From positions 9,905 through 73,904 of the forward strand of contig JAUYLZ010000033.1 in the NCBI GenBank assembly GCA_030698385.1: 64,000 nucleotides of DNA, written 5' to 3'. The DNA comes from a bacterium (GTDB lineage: Bacteria > Patescibacteriota > Patescibacteriia > Patescibacteriales > XYC2-FULL-47-12). The position numbers and the translations under genes are program-made. A model generated the notes under the pieces. The model searched no databases and was not told where the DNA came from. It was given only the letters and a program-made list of their open reading frames with translations. Below are positions 36,780 through 45,639 of the stretch, one piece after another (the stretch's first letter is position 1; every line of letters begins with the position of its first letter).

Positions 36780-38552
36780 TTAATTCTGTATTAAGATCAA
36801 AACTTTCGCGTTAGTCTTCATTTCTGTCAAATACTGATCCAAATTGTAATTTGTATACATGGAAATCTTCTTCAGCCAATACTCGACGCCGGCGCGCTGA
36901 GTTTTTTTATCATAGAGCTTCACGACATAATACGCGCCCTCTTCCCGAATAATATCGCTAACCTCGTTTATATCCAAATCCGCGGCGACTGCCTGTAACT
37001 GCCCGCTCATATTGTTAAATTTAACAAAACCAATATCACCGCCGCGCTGCGCCTGTTCGTCCTCGCTGTATTTTTCCGCCATCTCTTCAAACTCAACATT
37101 ACCTCTGCTCAACAACTTCAATACTTTTTTCAGCCGCAAGGCAACTGACTTATGAATATCATCATCCTGGATAAAGCTGACGTTAATTTTATCTTTTAAC
37201 ACATGATAGTAAATTACTTTTTCCAAAAATAACTCCTTGGTCAAACCATAGTCATTGTATATTACATCGGTGTAATCTTCCGGCACTTCATAAGCGCTCT
37301 CATAATAATTATATTTATCAATTAAATCTTGATCCGAAACTGTAATATCGTATTTGTCAGCTAATGTGTCCAGAAGTCTTTTTTCAATCATTGCGTCCAC
37401 AATCAAATCTTTAGCCAAAAACTCACCGGCATTTTCATCTGTAGCTTGGTAATACTTTGACAACAAACGAAAATCATCCAAATATGAGGAGTAATAAATT
37501 GGTTTCCAATCCACTAAAATCGCCGGAAACGGCAGCTTGCTGATCAAAATTCTCCTCAACGCTCCGGCATCTTTTGAATAATAAACAACATACCCAAGAG
37601 CAACCAGAATTAAGATCAAAATAATTAACAGCAAAAATAAAGAAGCGACAATTTTTTTAAAATTATTTTTTAGATAAAAAACTATCTTTTGTCTTTTTTC
37701 TCTTCGCCTGATTTTTTGCCGTTCTCTTTGTTTTTGTCTTTCCTCTTTTTTCTGCTTCAATGCTTCCGCTCGGAGCCTTTTCTCCTCCTTCAGCCTGATC
37801 TGATTTTCCGCTATGTGTTTTTTTTGTGTCTCTTGATCTTGCCTTCTTTTCAGCTCGTCTGCTGCTTGTTTTTTCTTTAACTCACCCGCTTTTTGCGCCA
37901 GCAACATTGATCTTTCTTCTTTGATTTTTTGGTAATTTTTTTGCGCGTTTAACTTCATTTCTAAAGACAGTTGCCTTTTTTTCTCTAAATTTTTTCTTTT
38001 TTCATCTTTTCTCTTCTGTCTGGCCGCGATATGTTCAACTTTTAGACGCGCCTTGGCCGCGAGTTTGCGCTGTTTATCAGCGCTTAAATATTTTTCGTTT
38101 TCAGACGATTGAAAAAGCACGTTTTCACTTTTTACATTATCAAGTGATCGCAAGCCGGCAATTTTTTTTTCCTGACGCAATTTTTTATTTAGACTTCTTT
38201 TTTCAACTCCCCGCGACCAGCGTTCTTTTCTTTTCTGAATCTTTTCCGCGTTGTAAATAGAACCAAACCATGAACTCAAACCTTTGTTTTCCGGGTCGCT
38301 AATTGCTTCGTTCAAGCTCTCGGCAATTTCTGATTTTTCATCTTTTTCATCTTTTTTGTACTTTTTGCTGGTTATTATATTGTTAATTTTTTTACCATCA
38401 GACAATTCTTTTGGCTTTTTTCTTTGCTTAGGCGCTTTTATTTCGTTTGTCTGCCCGGCAATAAAAGAATCTAGCGTTTCATCCGCGCTATTTGTTTGAT
38501 CAGTGCTTTTCTGCTTTTTGATAACTTTTACGCCATCAACACTTCTTAGCAT
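36780..38552 (-). CDS. PrsA/SurA-like parvulin peptidyl-prolyl isomerase with long basic N-terminal cytoplasmic tail and one TM
   Basis: 590 aa. aa ~1-290 are extremely K/R/E-rich (KRKERWSRGVEKR...RQKIRRREKRQK), then a TM (IVASLFLLLIILILILVALGYVVYY). C-terminal PpiC-type rotamase block (GNVEFEEMAEKYSEDEQAQRGGDIGFVKFNNMSGQLQ...EGAYYVVKL). Confidence 0.65.
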   Translation of the reverse strand: MLRSVDGVKVIKKQKSTDQTNSADETLDSFIAGQTNEIKAPKQRKKPKELSDGKKINNIITSKKYKKDEKDEKSEIAESLNEAISDPENKGLSSWFGSIYNAEKIQKRKERWSRGVEKRSLNKKLRQEKKIAGLRSLDNVKSENVLFQSSENEKYLSADKQRKLAAKARLKVEHIAARQKRKDEKRKNLEKKRQLSLEMKLNAQKNYQKIKEERSMLLAQKAGELKKKQAADELKRRQDQETQKKHIAENQIRLKEEKRLRAEALKQKKEERQKQRERQKIRRREKRQKIVFYLKNNFKKIVASLFLLLIILILILVALGYVVYYSKDAGALRRILISKLPFPAILVDWKPIYYSSYLDDFRLLSKYYQATDENAGEFLAKDLIVDAMIEKRLLDTLADKYDITVSDQDLIDKYNYYESAYEVPEDYTDVIYNDYGLTKELFLEKVIYYHVLKDKINVSFIQDDDIHKSVALRLKKVLKLLSRGNVEFEEMAEKYSEDEQAQRGGDIGFVKFNNMSGQLQAVAADLDINEVSDIIREEGAYYVVKLYDKKTQRAGVEYWLKKISMYTNYNLDQYLTEMKTNAKVLILIQN

Positions 38553-38576
38553 AAACTATTTTTTAACTATAGACAT

Positions 38577-38743
38577 CACATTCCAAGAATTGATTTAGAA
38601 CGCCGGAAAAATTGTGGTAGGCGCAGTTTTGGAGCGTAGAAAATTTTGAGCCGTAGTCCCGCGTCTGCGGGATGAAAAATTTTCTAGCGAAAAACAAGCC
38701 AGCCGCGATTTTAACAAGTTATTGAGTCCATTCTTGGAATGTG
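38577..38743. repeat. ORF-less nested inverted-repeat element (long imperfect rod-like hairpin)
   Basis: Outer 14-bp perfect inverted repeat cacattccaagaat (38577-38590) / attcttggaatgtg (38730-38743). Inner 11-bp inverted repeat tagaaaatttt/aaaattttcta. Central cccgc-gtct-gcggg hairpin. Confidence 0.45.
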
Positions 38744-38752
38744 AGGTCTATA

Positions 38753-39238
38753 CTATGATTCATTATTTTTTTCCCCAAAAAAATACTGCCACCACTGCCG
38801 CGGATTTGACAACTCTGCCTTGGGCAATTCTTTATCCAAACCATCAATTACATAAATTGACTTATTTTCTTCATTAGTTCTTTCTGCCAGTTCATCTTTT
38901 ATGACAACGACACTTTCCCCCGGCTTTTTCAAGTCTAAATTAAGCCTGGCTTGTGACTCAATAAAACCTTCACTGCCCAGATAATCGATAATATTTTCAA
39001 GTTCTTTATTTTTTTTGCTCAATTTATCCGACTCTTCTTGCAGCTGTGCTATTTCCTGATTCAGTAAATACCGTTGCTTTACCTTCTTTGCCAATGGATA
39101 ACCAATTAAAATAACCAAAATAAGCCCAATCACTGGGAATAATTTTGATTTGGAAAAAAATGATTTGATTGGATTTTCCTCTCTAACGATGCGTGATCTC
39201 ATGGGTTCATTATACAAAAAAACGGCGGTATTTACCAC
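38753..39238 (-). CDS. ftsB: FtsB/DivIC-like septum formation initiator
   Basis: 161 aa. Single TM, then coiled coil LLNQEIAQLQEESDKLSKKNKELENIIDYL and ESQARLNLDLKKPGE motif of the FtsB/DivIC family. Confidence 0.6.
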   Translation of the reverse strand: MVNTAVFLYNEPMRSRIVREENPIKSFFSKSKLFPVIGLILVILIGYPLAKKVKQRYLLNQEIAQLQEESDKLSKKNKELENIIDYLGSEGFIESQARLNLDLKKPGESVVVIKDELAERTNEENKSIYVIDGLDKELPKAELSNPRQWWQYFFGEKNNES

Positions 39239-39263
39239 CTAAGTGTTTTTTACTTATTCTTAG

Positions 39264-39683
39264 CTATTTATTTAAATATTTATCAACAGCCTTATTTACC
39301 AGCAGGTCCGCCGCTTTGTTAAACTCCCGTCTGACATGAAAAAATGTCACTTTTTTAAACTGCTGTGATAAATTGTATATTTTGAAAAATAATGGCGCTA
39401 ATTCCTTATTTTTTACTTTATATTCAAGTTTTAATTGTTTGACAACAAGTTCGGAATCCAAATAAAAAACCAACTCCTCGGCGTCCAGTTTTTTTGCCTC
39501 TTCCATGGCGCGTAAAACAGCTCTGTACTCGGCTTGATTATTCGTCGTCTCACCAATGTATTCAGCAATTTCATTAATCACCTTTTTCTTATCATCAGCG
39601 ATAACCACGCCAATGCCGGCCGGGCCGGGATTACCGCGCGCGCCGCCATCGGTGTGGATGATTAATTTTTTATGTGAAGTCAT
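39264..39683 (-). CDS. rnhA: ribonuclease HI
   Basis: 139 aa. IHTDGGARGNPGPAGIG ... NNQAEYRAVLRAMEEA ... DSELVVKQ, RNase H catalytic DEDD pattern. Confidence 0.85.
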   Translation of the reverse strand: MTSHKKLIIHTDGGARGNPGPAGIGVVIADDKKKVINEIAEYIGETTNNQAEYRAVLRAMEEAKKLDAEELVFYLDSELVVKQLKLEYKVKNKELAPLFFKIYNLSQQFKKVTFFHVRREFNKAADLLVNKAVDKYLNK

Positions 39684-39700
39684 TGTGTTGTATTAATAAT

Positions 39701-40230
39701 TCAAATCTACAAAATAATGCAAATCTACAAATTTATGCAAATATTGCAAAAAATAATTTATGCAAATTACGCCTTTTTATAGTATAAACCGTTTAGAATC
39801 CTCTTAGGAACTAAACGCGGTTGCCTAAAATTTACTAAAATTCCTAAATGTAAATTTAAAGTTACTAAATATCTCTTTACCTGATAATAATCTTCTTTAG
39901 TTAAGGAATCTCTGGCTTTGAATTCAACTATTATCTTATTTTCAATTATAAAATCTACTATACACCTAACATCTCCTTTCCCATATTGATGGTCGTTGAA
40001 GCGATATTCTCTGATATACTTAAATTTCTTTTGTTGCAATAGCTTTTCAAAATAATCTCCGTATTGTTTTTCGTTACGAAAGCGACCTAAATCCTTATGC
40101 GCCTTAAAGAATAAACCAACTATTTCATAAGATAATTCTTTGTGTATGCATTTATCTTCTGCCATAATATAATTTGCATATGAAATTTTGTAGTATTTGC
40201 ATGTTAATTTGTAGTATTTGCATTATATTT
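39701..40230 (-). mobile_element. TIR-bounded mini-cassette B carrying a GxxExxY gene
   Basis: Left flank 39701-39776 and the reverse complement of right flank 40171-40230 share ~60 bp of imperfect inverted repeats. These are built from atgcaaat and ctacaaa units (each side has ttgtagtatttgcat / atgcaaatctacaaa twice). The right repeat overlaps the last ~9 codons of recJ. Confidence 0.35.
39767..40165 (-). CDS. GxxExxY protein (TIGR04256-like, PD-(D/E)XK fold)
   Basis: 132 aa. LSYEIVGLFFKAHKDLGRFRNEKQYGDYF ... GDVRCIVDFIIENKIIVEFKA ... YQVKRYLVTLNLHLGILVNFRQPRL matches the GxxExxY family consensus. Confidence 0.75.
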   Translation of the reverse strand: MAEDKCIHKELSYEIVGLFFKAHKDLGRFRNEKQYGDYFEKLLQQKKFKYIREYRFNDHQYGKGDVRCIVDFIIENKIIVEFKARDSLTKEDYYQVKRYLVTLNLHLGILVNFRQPRLVPKRILNGLYYKKA

Positions 40231-42003
40231 TAAATCAATAACTTTCAACTGCACCTCCCGCCGGCCATTCCATTCATTAATATCAAGATAGTAAACTAAA
40301 TCAATAAACTGGCCGATTTTTAAATTCAGCCATTCCGCCGGCGCGCTAAACGCTATGGCGTTAAAAAGTTTTTTGTCCTCTGAGCACAATCTCAGTTTCA
40401 AATGCTGATTGTCGTTGCCCATCGTCTGCATATGCGCGACCAACAACTTTTTGGTTATAAACTTGGGCTGTTGGTTGCCCATGCCAAACGGCCTCAGCTT
40501 CCGCAGAGCGTTGTACAAATCCTCGTCGATATTTTTAAAATCAACTTCCAGATCAATTTCCAGAGTCGGTTCAAGTTCCGTGTTTTTCAATTTTTTCGCG
40601 GCGATTTTTTGGCATTTTTTCAAAAAAGGCAAAAGAGAATCTTTGTCCTTGACCGTAAAACCGCAGGCTTGTTTGTGTCCGCCGTAGGTTGATAAAAATT
40701 CAGCGCACTCCTCAAGCATTGCCGTAATGTCAAACTCCGGGATGCTCCGGCCGGAACCGGTCGCTTCCCCGTCTTTATCAGTAATCGCCAAAGATGGCCG
40801 GTAGTACTTTTCGGTTAGTTTGCCAGCCACAAGCCCCATCACGCCAGCCGACCACGGAGCCGTTTGATCAGTTTCTTTTTCCTGAAGACGGACAAGCGCT
40901 TGTCCGTTTTCTTTCGCGCTAACACTTAATAACTTTGGCCAAACGGCGAATAAAATTTTGTCCTCTTGCTTTATTTCCGCATCCGCCTGTTCAAAAATAT
41001 CCAGCGTAATCTCCTGGCGTTCTTTGTTTTTGCCGTCCAGTTCTTTGGCTACTTTTACAGCTTCAGCTTTATCCTCGGTAACCAAGAGTTGGTAGGCGTT
41101 ATTAGCGTGATCCAACCGGCCCATAGCATTTATTCTTGGCGCCAGCTGAAACCCAACCTGCCAAGTATCAATTTCTTTGCTATTGCCGTTTTTGTCAGTA
41201 TCGGACTGTGAAACTTTGATTAATTGTTTGAGGCCAACGCGCTGTGTTTTATTTAAAACAACCAAGCCGTATTTTACCAAAACGCGGTTCTCGTCAAGCA
41301 GTGGCATCAGATCGGCAATAGTGCCAATGGCGACTAAATCCAATAGCCATTTTTCAAAAACCTCGGCTGCTTTTTTCTGGCTTTTTTTTAATAATGCTTG
41401 CGCGAGCTTAAACGCCACGCCGCAACCGGCCAAACCGTCAAAAGGATAGGTCTCACCCGGCACCTTTGGATTGATAATGAGGCAATCGGGTAGCTCATCA
41501 GGGGCTTCATGGTGATCGGTAACGATGATATCTGTGCCTAAATTTTTACCGAAATTAATCTCGCCGACGCTGCGGATTCCCGTGTCAACGGTAATGACCA
41601 GTTTAGTTCCATTTTCAGCTAAGTATTTTAGCGCTTCATTATTGAGGCCGTATCCTTCGCTTTTGCGGTCCGGAATATACACGCTGATTAAATTTTTGCC
41701 AGGCTGCAAAAATTCCAATGTCTTGAAAAGCAGCGCGGTGGAGGTAACGCCGTCAGCGTCATAGTCGCCATAGACGGTGATTTTTTCATTTTGTTCAATA
41801 GCCTTAAAAATCCTCTCAACCACTGCTGGCATGTTTTTGAAAAGAAATGGATCGTGCAACCGCTCGGTATAGTTCGGGTTTAAAAAATTATTCACCTGAT
41901 CAGGCGTAACGCCGCGCCGGCTCAACAACCGCAAAACCACCGGATTTATATCTTTTACATCTAAAATTAAAATTTTTTTATTTTCAACCAACCGCCACTT
42001 CAT
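40204..42003 (-). CDS. recJ: single-stranded-DNA-specific exonuclease RecJ
   Basis: 599 aa. DHH motifs (VYGDYDADGVTSTALL, DHH at ...VTDHHEAPD), DHHA1 (GGHKQACGF), and C-terminal OB region. Confidence 0.9.
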   Translation of the reverse strand: MKWRLVENKKILILDVKDINPVVLRLLSRRGVTPDQVNNFLNPNYTERLHDPFLFKNMPAVVERIFKAIEQNEKITVYGDYDADGVTSTALLFKTLEFLQPGKNLISVYIPDRKSEGYGLNNEALKYLAENGTKLVITVDTGIRSVGEINFGKNLGTDIIVTDHHEAPDELPDCLIINPKVPGETYPFDGLAGCGVAFKLAQALLKKSQKKAAEVFEKWLLDLVAIGTIADLMPLLDENRVLVKYGLVVLNKTQRVGLKQLIKVSQSDTDKNGNSKEIDTWQVGFQLAPRINAMGRLDHANNAYQLLVTEDKAEAVKVAKELDGKNKERQEITLDIFEQADAEIKQEDKILFAVWPKLLSVSAKENGQALVRLQEKETDQTAPWSAGVMGLVAGKLTEKYYRPSLAITDKDGEATGSGRSIPEFDITAMLEECAEFLSTYGGHKQACGFTVKDKDSLLPFLKKCQKIAAKKLKNTELEPTLEIDLEVDFKNIDEDLYNALRKLRPFGMGNQQPKFITKKLLVAHMQTMGNDNQHLKLRLCSEDKKLFNAIAFSAPAEWLNLKIGQFIDLVYYLDINEWNGRREVQLKVIDLKYNANTTN

Positions 42004-42079
42004 ATACTTGACTTTTTTAATTAATAATGATAATATATCACTAGTTTTTTAACAATTTGAAATATAATAAAAAGGAGAA

Positions 42080-42511
42080 ATGCTCATGATCTTTGCCTTG
42101 GTAGTTTCTATAATAGTTTCTACAATATTAATTTTCCTTATCATTCTTACACTTCTTCGTGGAAAGACAATGGAAAATAGCGAACTATGTTTTATTTTTA
42201 TTCTTTTTATGATGTTTTTGACTATGTCTCATGTGTGCTGGGTAAAATATTTTCAAGGGATACCCAGCGACGAGCGACAATTATTCTCTTCACAGGTATA
42301 CACGGTTTTGTGGATCTGTCAGCCGGATCCAAGTGAACAATTATATATTGTTAAACTGGATGATAATCGAGTTTATCAATTCTCCAAACTGCCATCCTCA
42401 CGGGTATTTCGTTATGACCGTGGTAAAGAAAATCCCTTCATAACATTGCCCAATGATGATCTGATAATTGCGCCCGCCCTGATACCATCAGCAACTGGCG
42501 CAAGTGAATAA
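42080..42511 (+). CDS. hypothetical membrane protein
   Basis: 143 aa. Strong RBS aaaggag 8 bp upstream. Two TM then a soluble domain. Followed by an intrinsic terminator. Confidence 0.5.
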   Translation: MLMIFALVVSIIVSTILIFLIILTLLRGKTMENSELCFIFILFMMFLTMSHVCWVKYFQGIPSDERQLFSSQVYTVLWICQPDPSEQLYIVKLDDNRVYQFSKLPSSRVFRYDRGKENPFITLPNDDLIIAPALIPSATGASE

Positions 42512-42535
42512 AAATTATCTGCCAAAATTTAGCTT

Positions 42536-42573
42536 AAAGCCCTCTGCAAATTTAATGAGGGCTTTTTATTTTT
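42536..42573 (+). terminator. intrinsic terminator
   Basis: aaagccctc-tgcaaatttaat-gagggcttt followed by ttatttttaa. Confidence 0.6.
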
Positions 42574-42574
42574 A

Positions 42575-42674
42575 ATACAATAACATTGGCAAAACGGTAA
42601 AAGCAAGCATTGCCAAAATCATAATAATCATAACCGCACGAGTTATTATTTTTTTAATAGTTTTCTTCTTCATA
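42575..42674 (-). CDS. possible small hydrophobic peptide (33 aa)
   Basis: MKKKTIKKIITRAVMIIMILAMLAFTVLPMLLY. Starts where the murJ start codon would lie relative to the duplicated cassette flank. No RBS check possible, could be spurious. Confidence 0.2.
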
Positions 42675-42894
42675 TAATCCTACTAATTACGAATTAACTA
42701 CAAATTTACCAATCGCTTCTACTGAAGCTTTGATAAATTTACTAAACGCATAAATTTTACTCCATTAGATCTAATTATATATGGCGCTTGTCTTTTAAAT
42801 ATTAATTCTTTTATTTTAAAATTATTAGCGACAGCTCTTTCGTAATATTTCTCTTGGAATTATTAGTATATTCTAAATAATTAGTAATTAGTAG
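42670..42894 (-). pseudogene. decayed copy of the GxxExxY cassette (two internal deletions), TIRs intact
   Basis: 42670-42760 is ~97% identical to 47765-47849 and 42762-42856 is ~93% identical to 48015-48110. Terminal repeats ctactaattacgaatt (42670-42685) and aattagtaattagtag (42879-42894) are preserved. ~165 bp and ~105 bp of the ORF are missing. Confidence 0.6.
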
Positions 42895-42910
42895 GAGTTA
42901 GAGTATCAGG

Positions 42911-44695
42911 CTATCGTTTAAGTACGCTTAAGAAGGCCTCGGGAGGAATCTCCACGCCGCCCTTGCCCAAAGAGGCCATCTTCTTTTTGCCTTTCTTTTG
43001 TTTTTCCAATAACTTACGCTTGCGCGAAACATCGCCGCCGTAAAGTTTGGCGGTAACGTCTTTGCGCAAAGCCGAAATACGTTCCGCCGCGATGATTGAC
43101 CCGCCGATAGCGGCCTGGATTTTGAGCATGAACTGCTGGCGCGGCAAGGTATTTTTCAATGAATTAACAATTTCTTTGCCGCGCTTTTGCGCTTCGTCTT
43201 TGTAAACAATTGTGGACAGCGCCTCAACCGCTTCTTCAGCGACTAAAATATCCATCCGCACAACTTCGGCCGCGCGATAATCCAGATACTCATAATTAAT
43301 CGAGGCGTAACCGCTAGTCGCGCTTTTTATTTTATCGTAAAAATCAGTTAAAATTGTAGACATTGGCATTTCGTAATGCAGAACTGCCCGGTCATCATCA
43401 ATATATTCGGTCGTTCTATAAATGCCTCTTTTTTCTTGGACTAAATTCATAATTGAACCCATGTAGATCTTTGGCGTTATCACATCAAGCGTTACCCACG
43501 GCTCCTTAATCTCGGCAATCTGCGATGGATCAGGCAGGTCATAAGCCGAACGAATAATGGAATCTTTGCCGTCAGTTTTTTTTAACTGATAAGCAACCGA
43601 AGGAGTGGTTACAATTAATTCAAGATCAAATTCTCGGTGCAGACGCTCCTGAAAAATTTCCAAATGCAAAAGCCCCAAAAAACCGCAACGAAAGCCAAAA
43701 CCAAGCGCTTGCGACTGCTCGGGCTCATATATCAAAGCTGAATCAGTCAATTTCAGCTTGCCAATCGCCTCGCGCAGATCATCATACTCATTCCCTTCTT
43801 TGGCAAAAACTCCGGCAAAAACCATTGGCTTCACTACCTTGTAACCGGGCAGAGCTTTTACTTCTCCGGCCGCGGAAGTTTTCTTGGTAATAGTGTCGCC
43901 AACCTTGCACTCCTCAACCGACTTGAGTCCAGTAACGATATAGCCGATTTCTCCGGTGTCTAAACTTCCGGTCGAAAAATAGTCCGGCTTGAAAAATCCG
44001 ACATCCAAAGCCTCGCTTTCAGCCTCCGTTTCAATTAACTTTATTTTATCGCCTTTTTTGATACTGCCATCAACAACGCGCGCATAAGCAACAACCCCTT
44101 TGTACTCATCATAAACCGAATCAAAAATCATGGCGCGCAAGTTATTTTCTTTTTCCCCTCTCGGCGGCTGGACGCGATCAATGACTGCCTGCAAAATTTG
44201 TTCCACTCCCGCTCCGGTTTTTCCGGAGGCTTCAATAACGTCTTCAGCTTTGCAGCCGATCAACTTCACGATACTTGCTTTGGTGCCGCTGACATCTGCC
44301 GCTGGCAGATCAATTTTGTTCACCACCGGAATTATTTCCAAATTCTGTTCAAGCGCCAAATATAAGTTTGCCAAAGTCTGCGCCTGAATGCCTTGCGTTG
44401 AGTCAACTAACAAAATCGCCCCTTCAACAGCGGCGAGCGAACGTGATACTTCATAGGAAAAATCAACATGTCCGGGCGTGTCAATTAAATTCAAATGATA
44501 ACCCAAATAATTCATATTTACCGGCGCGAGCTTAATCGTAATGCCCCGCTCCCGTTCCAGCTCCATTTTGTCCAAAAATTGAGCTTTCATATTTCGTTTG
44601 TCAACGGTGTGGGTAATTTCAAGCATGCGGTCAGCGAGCGTTGACTTACCGTGGTCGATATGAGCGATAATACAGAAATTACGAATGTTGTTCAT
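42911..44695 (-). CDS. lepA: translation elongation factor 4 (LepA)
   Basis: 594 aa. NFCIIAHIDHGKSTLADR G1 motif, DTPGHVDF, NKIDL, and the LepA-specific C-terminal domain. Confidence 0.95.
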   Translation of the reverse strand: MNNIRNFCIIAHIDHGKSTLADRMLEITHTVDKRNMKAQFLDKMELERERGITIKLAPVNMNYLGYHLNLIDTPGHVDFSYEVSRSLAAVEGAILLVDSTQGIQAQTLANLYLALEQNLEIIPVVNKIDLPAADVSGTKASIVKLIGCKAEDVIEASGKTGAGVEQILQAVIDRVQPPRGEKENNLRAMIFDSVYDEYKGVVAYARVVDGSIKKGDKIKLIETEAESEALDVGFFKPDYFSTGSLDTGEIGYIVTGLKSVEECKVGDTITKKTSAAGEVKALPGYKVVKPMVFAGVFAKEGNEYDDLREAIGKLKLTDSALIYEPEQSQALGFGFRCGFLGLLHLEIFQERLHREFDLELIVTTPSVAYQLKKTDGKDSIIRSAYDLPDPSQIAEIKEPWVTLDVITPKIYMGSIMNLVQEKRGIYRTTEYIDDDRAVLHYEMPMSTILTDFYDKIKSATSGYASINYEYLDYRAAEVVRMDILVAEEAVEALSTIVYKDEAQKRGKEIVNSLKNTLPRQQFMLKIQAAIGGSIIAAERISALRKDVTAKLYGGDVSRKRKLLEKQKKGKKKMASLGKGGVEIPPEAFLSVLKR

Positions 44696-44863
44696 AACGG
44701 TAAAACACTAAAAAATAAAATTTAAATCAGTACCAAAACAATTCCGCTGTCAGCGGTACTTGCGCCAACAGCGGGGAAAGAGAGAATATAAATAATAATT
44801 ACTTTAACGCTTCCCAAATTCGATCTTCATCAAAACCCCACTCCAACATCTTCTTGAATATTT

Positions 44864-45169
44864 TTATATTAATGAATTGTCGTTGCACAAATGCGCCGGA
44901 ATGCCAAAGTAAGTAAAAACGGCATCGCGGATAGATGCAGACATTTCTTTCACGCTAGCTCCGCCGGTAATCACGCCGTCAAGATTGACCGATTCCGCCG
45001 TCCAAGAGCCATCCGGATACTGCTCAATTTTAAATTCAATGCGACCGCCTAATGTTTGAATTGCTTTCTTCATTGACTGAACGCGCGGGTCGGCATCCTC
45101 GTTAAAATGATAACCCCAGCGTCGCAACATCGCGGCGGTTAGGTAAATTGTTTTATTTAAAATACTCAT
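44864..45169 (-). CDS. HicB-like/UPF0150 (DUF1902) family protein, no HicA partner found
   Basis: 101 aa. EQYPDGSWTAESVNLDGVITGGASVKEMSASIRDAVFTYF resembles the HicB N-terminal RNase H-like fold domain. Confidence 0.45.
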   Translation of the reverse strand: MSILNKTIYLTAAMLRRWGYHFNEDADPRVQSMKKAIQTLGGRIEFKIEQYPDGSWTAESVNLDGVITGGASVKEMSASIRDAVFTYFGIPAHLCNDNSLI

Positions 45170-45304
45170 GCTTATATCTTAAAAAATTTAAGCGGAATTG
45201 TCAAATTTTAACCTATTTTAACCTATTTCTAAAAAACAAAAACGAGGCCATGCCGACCCCGCTTTTTTATAAACATATCCGCCAAATTAATTTTCCCTAA
45301 AAAA

Positions 45305-45604
45305 TTACTTATGAATAAGCTGAATTATGTGCAGTGATATAATTGAAAAGCCAAATGCCACGCGAATCGCGCGCAACGCCTGCTTGCGCCAGCGGTCTTC
45401 TTTATTAATCTCAATTTTGGTAATACCTTCCACCACCAAAAAAAACGCGGCGGCAAAAGCAAAAACATCAATCGTTACCGGATCAAGGTAACTGCATCTG
45501 GCGGCCAGCTTACCTTGGCCGAATAATTGAACGCTGACTGCTCCGCCAATGGCCAGCGCTGAAATAGAAACGGTTAAAATTCTGGCGATATTGATATTTT
45601 TCAT
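45305..45604 (-). CDS. hypothetical membrane protein
   Basis: 99 aa, 3 TM. Confidence 0.4.
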   Translation of the reverse strand: MKNINIARILTVSISALAIGGAVSVQLFGQGKLAARCSYLDPVTIDVFAFAAAFFLVVEGITKIEINKEDRWRKQALRAIRVAFGFSIISLHIIQLIHK

Positions 45605-45639
45605 ATTTTTTAAAATATAAGTATTTTTTTTAAAAAAAA

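Noticed and set aside
39696-40232. Possible CRISPR array (repeated tgcaaat-containing units)
   Set aside because: Only two copies per side, arranged as inverted flanks around a gene rather than a regular repeat-spacer series. No cas genes.
44696-44863. Possible hicA toxin gene between lepA and the HicB-like gene
   Set aside because: No ORF of suitable size or motif. The region instead contains a ccgctgtcagcgg hairpin plus T-tract on the minus strand that looks like the HicB-like gene's terminator.
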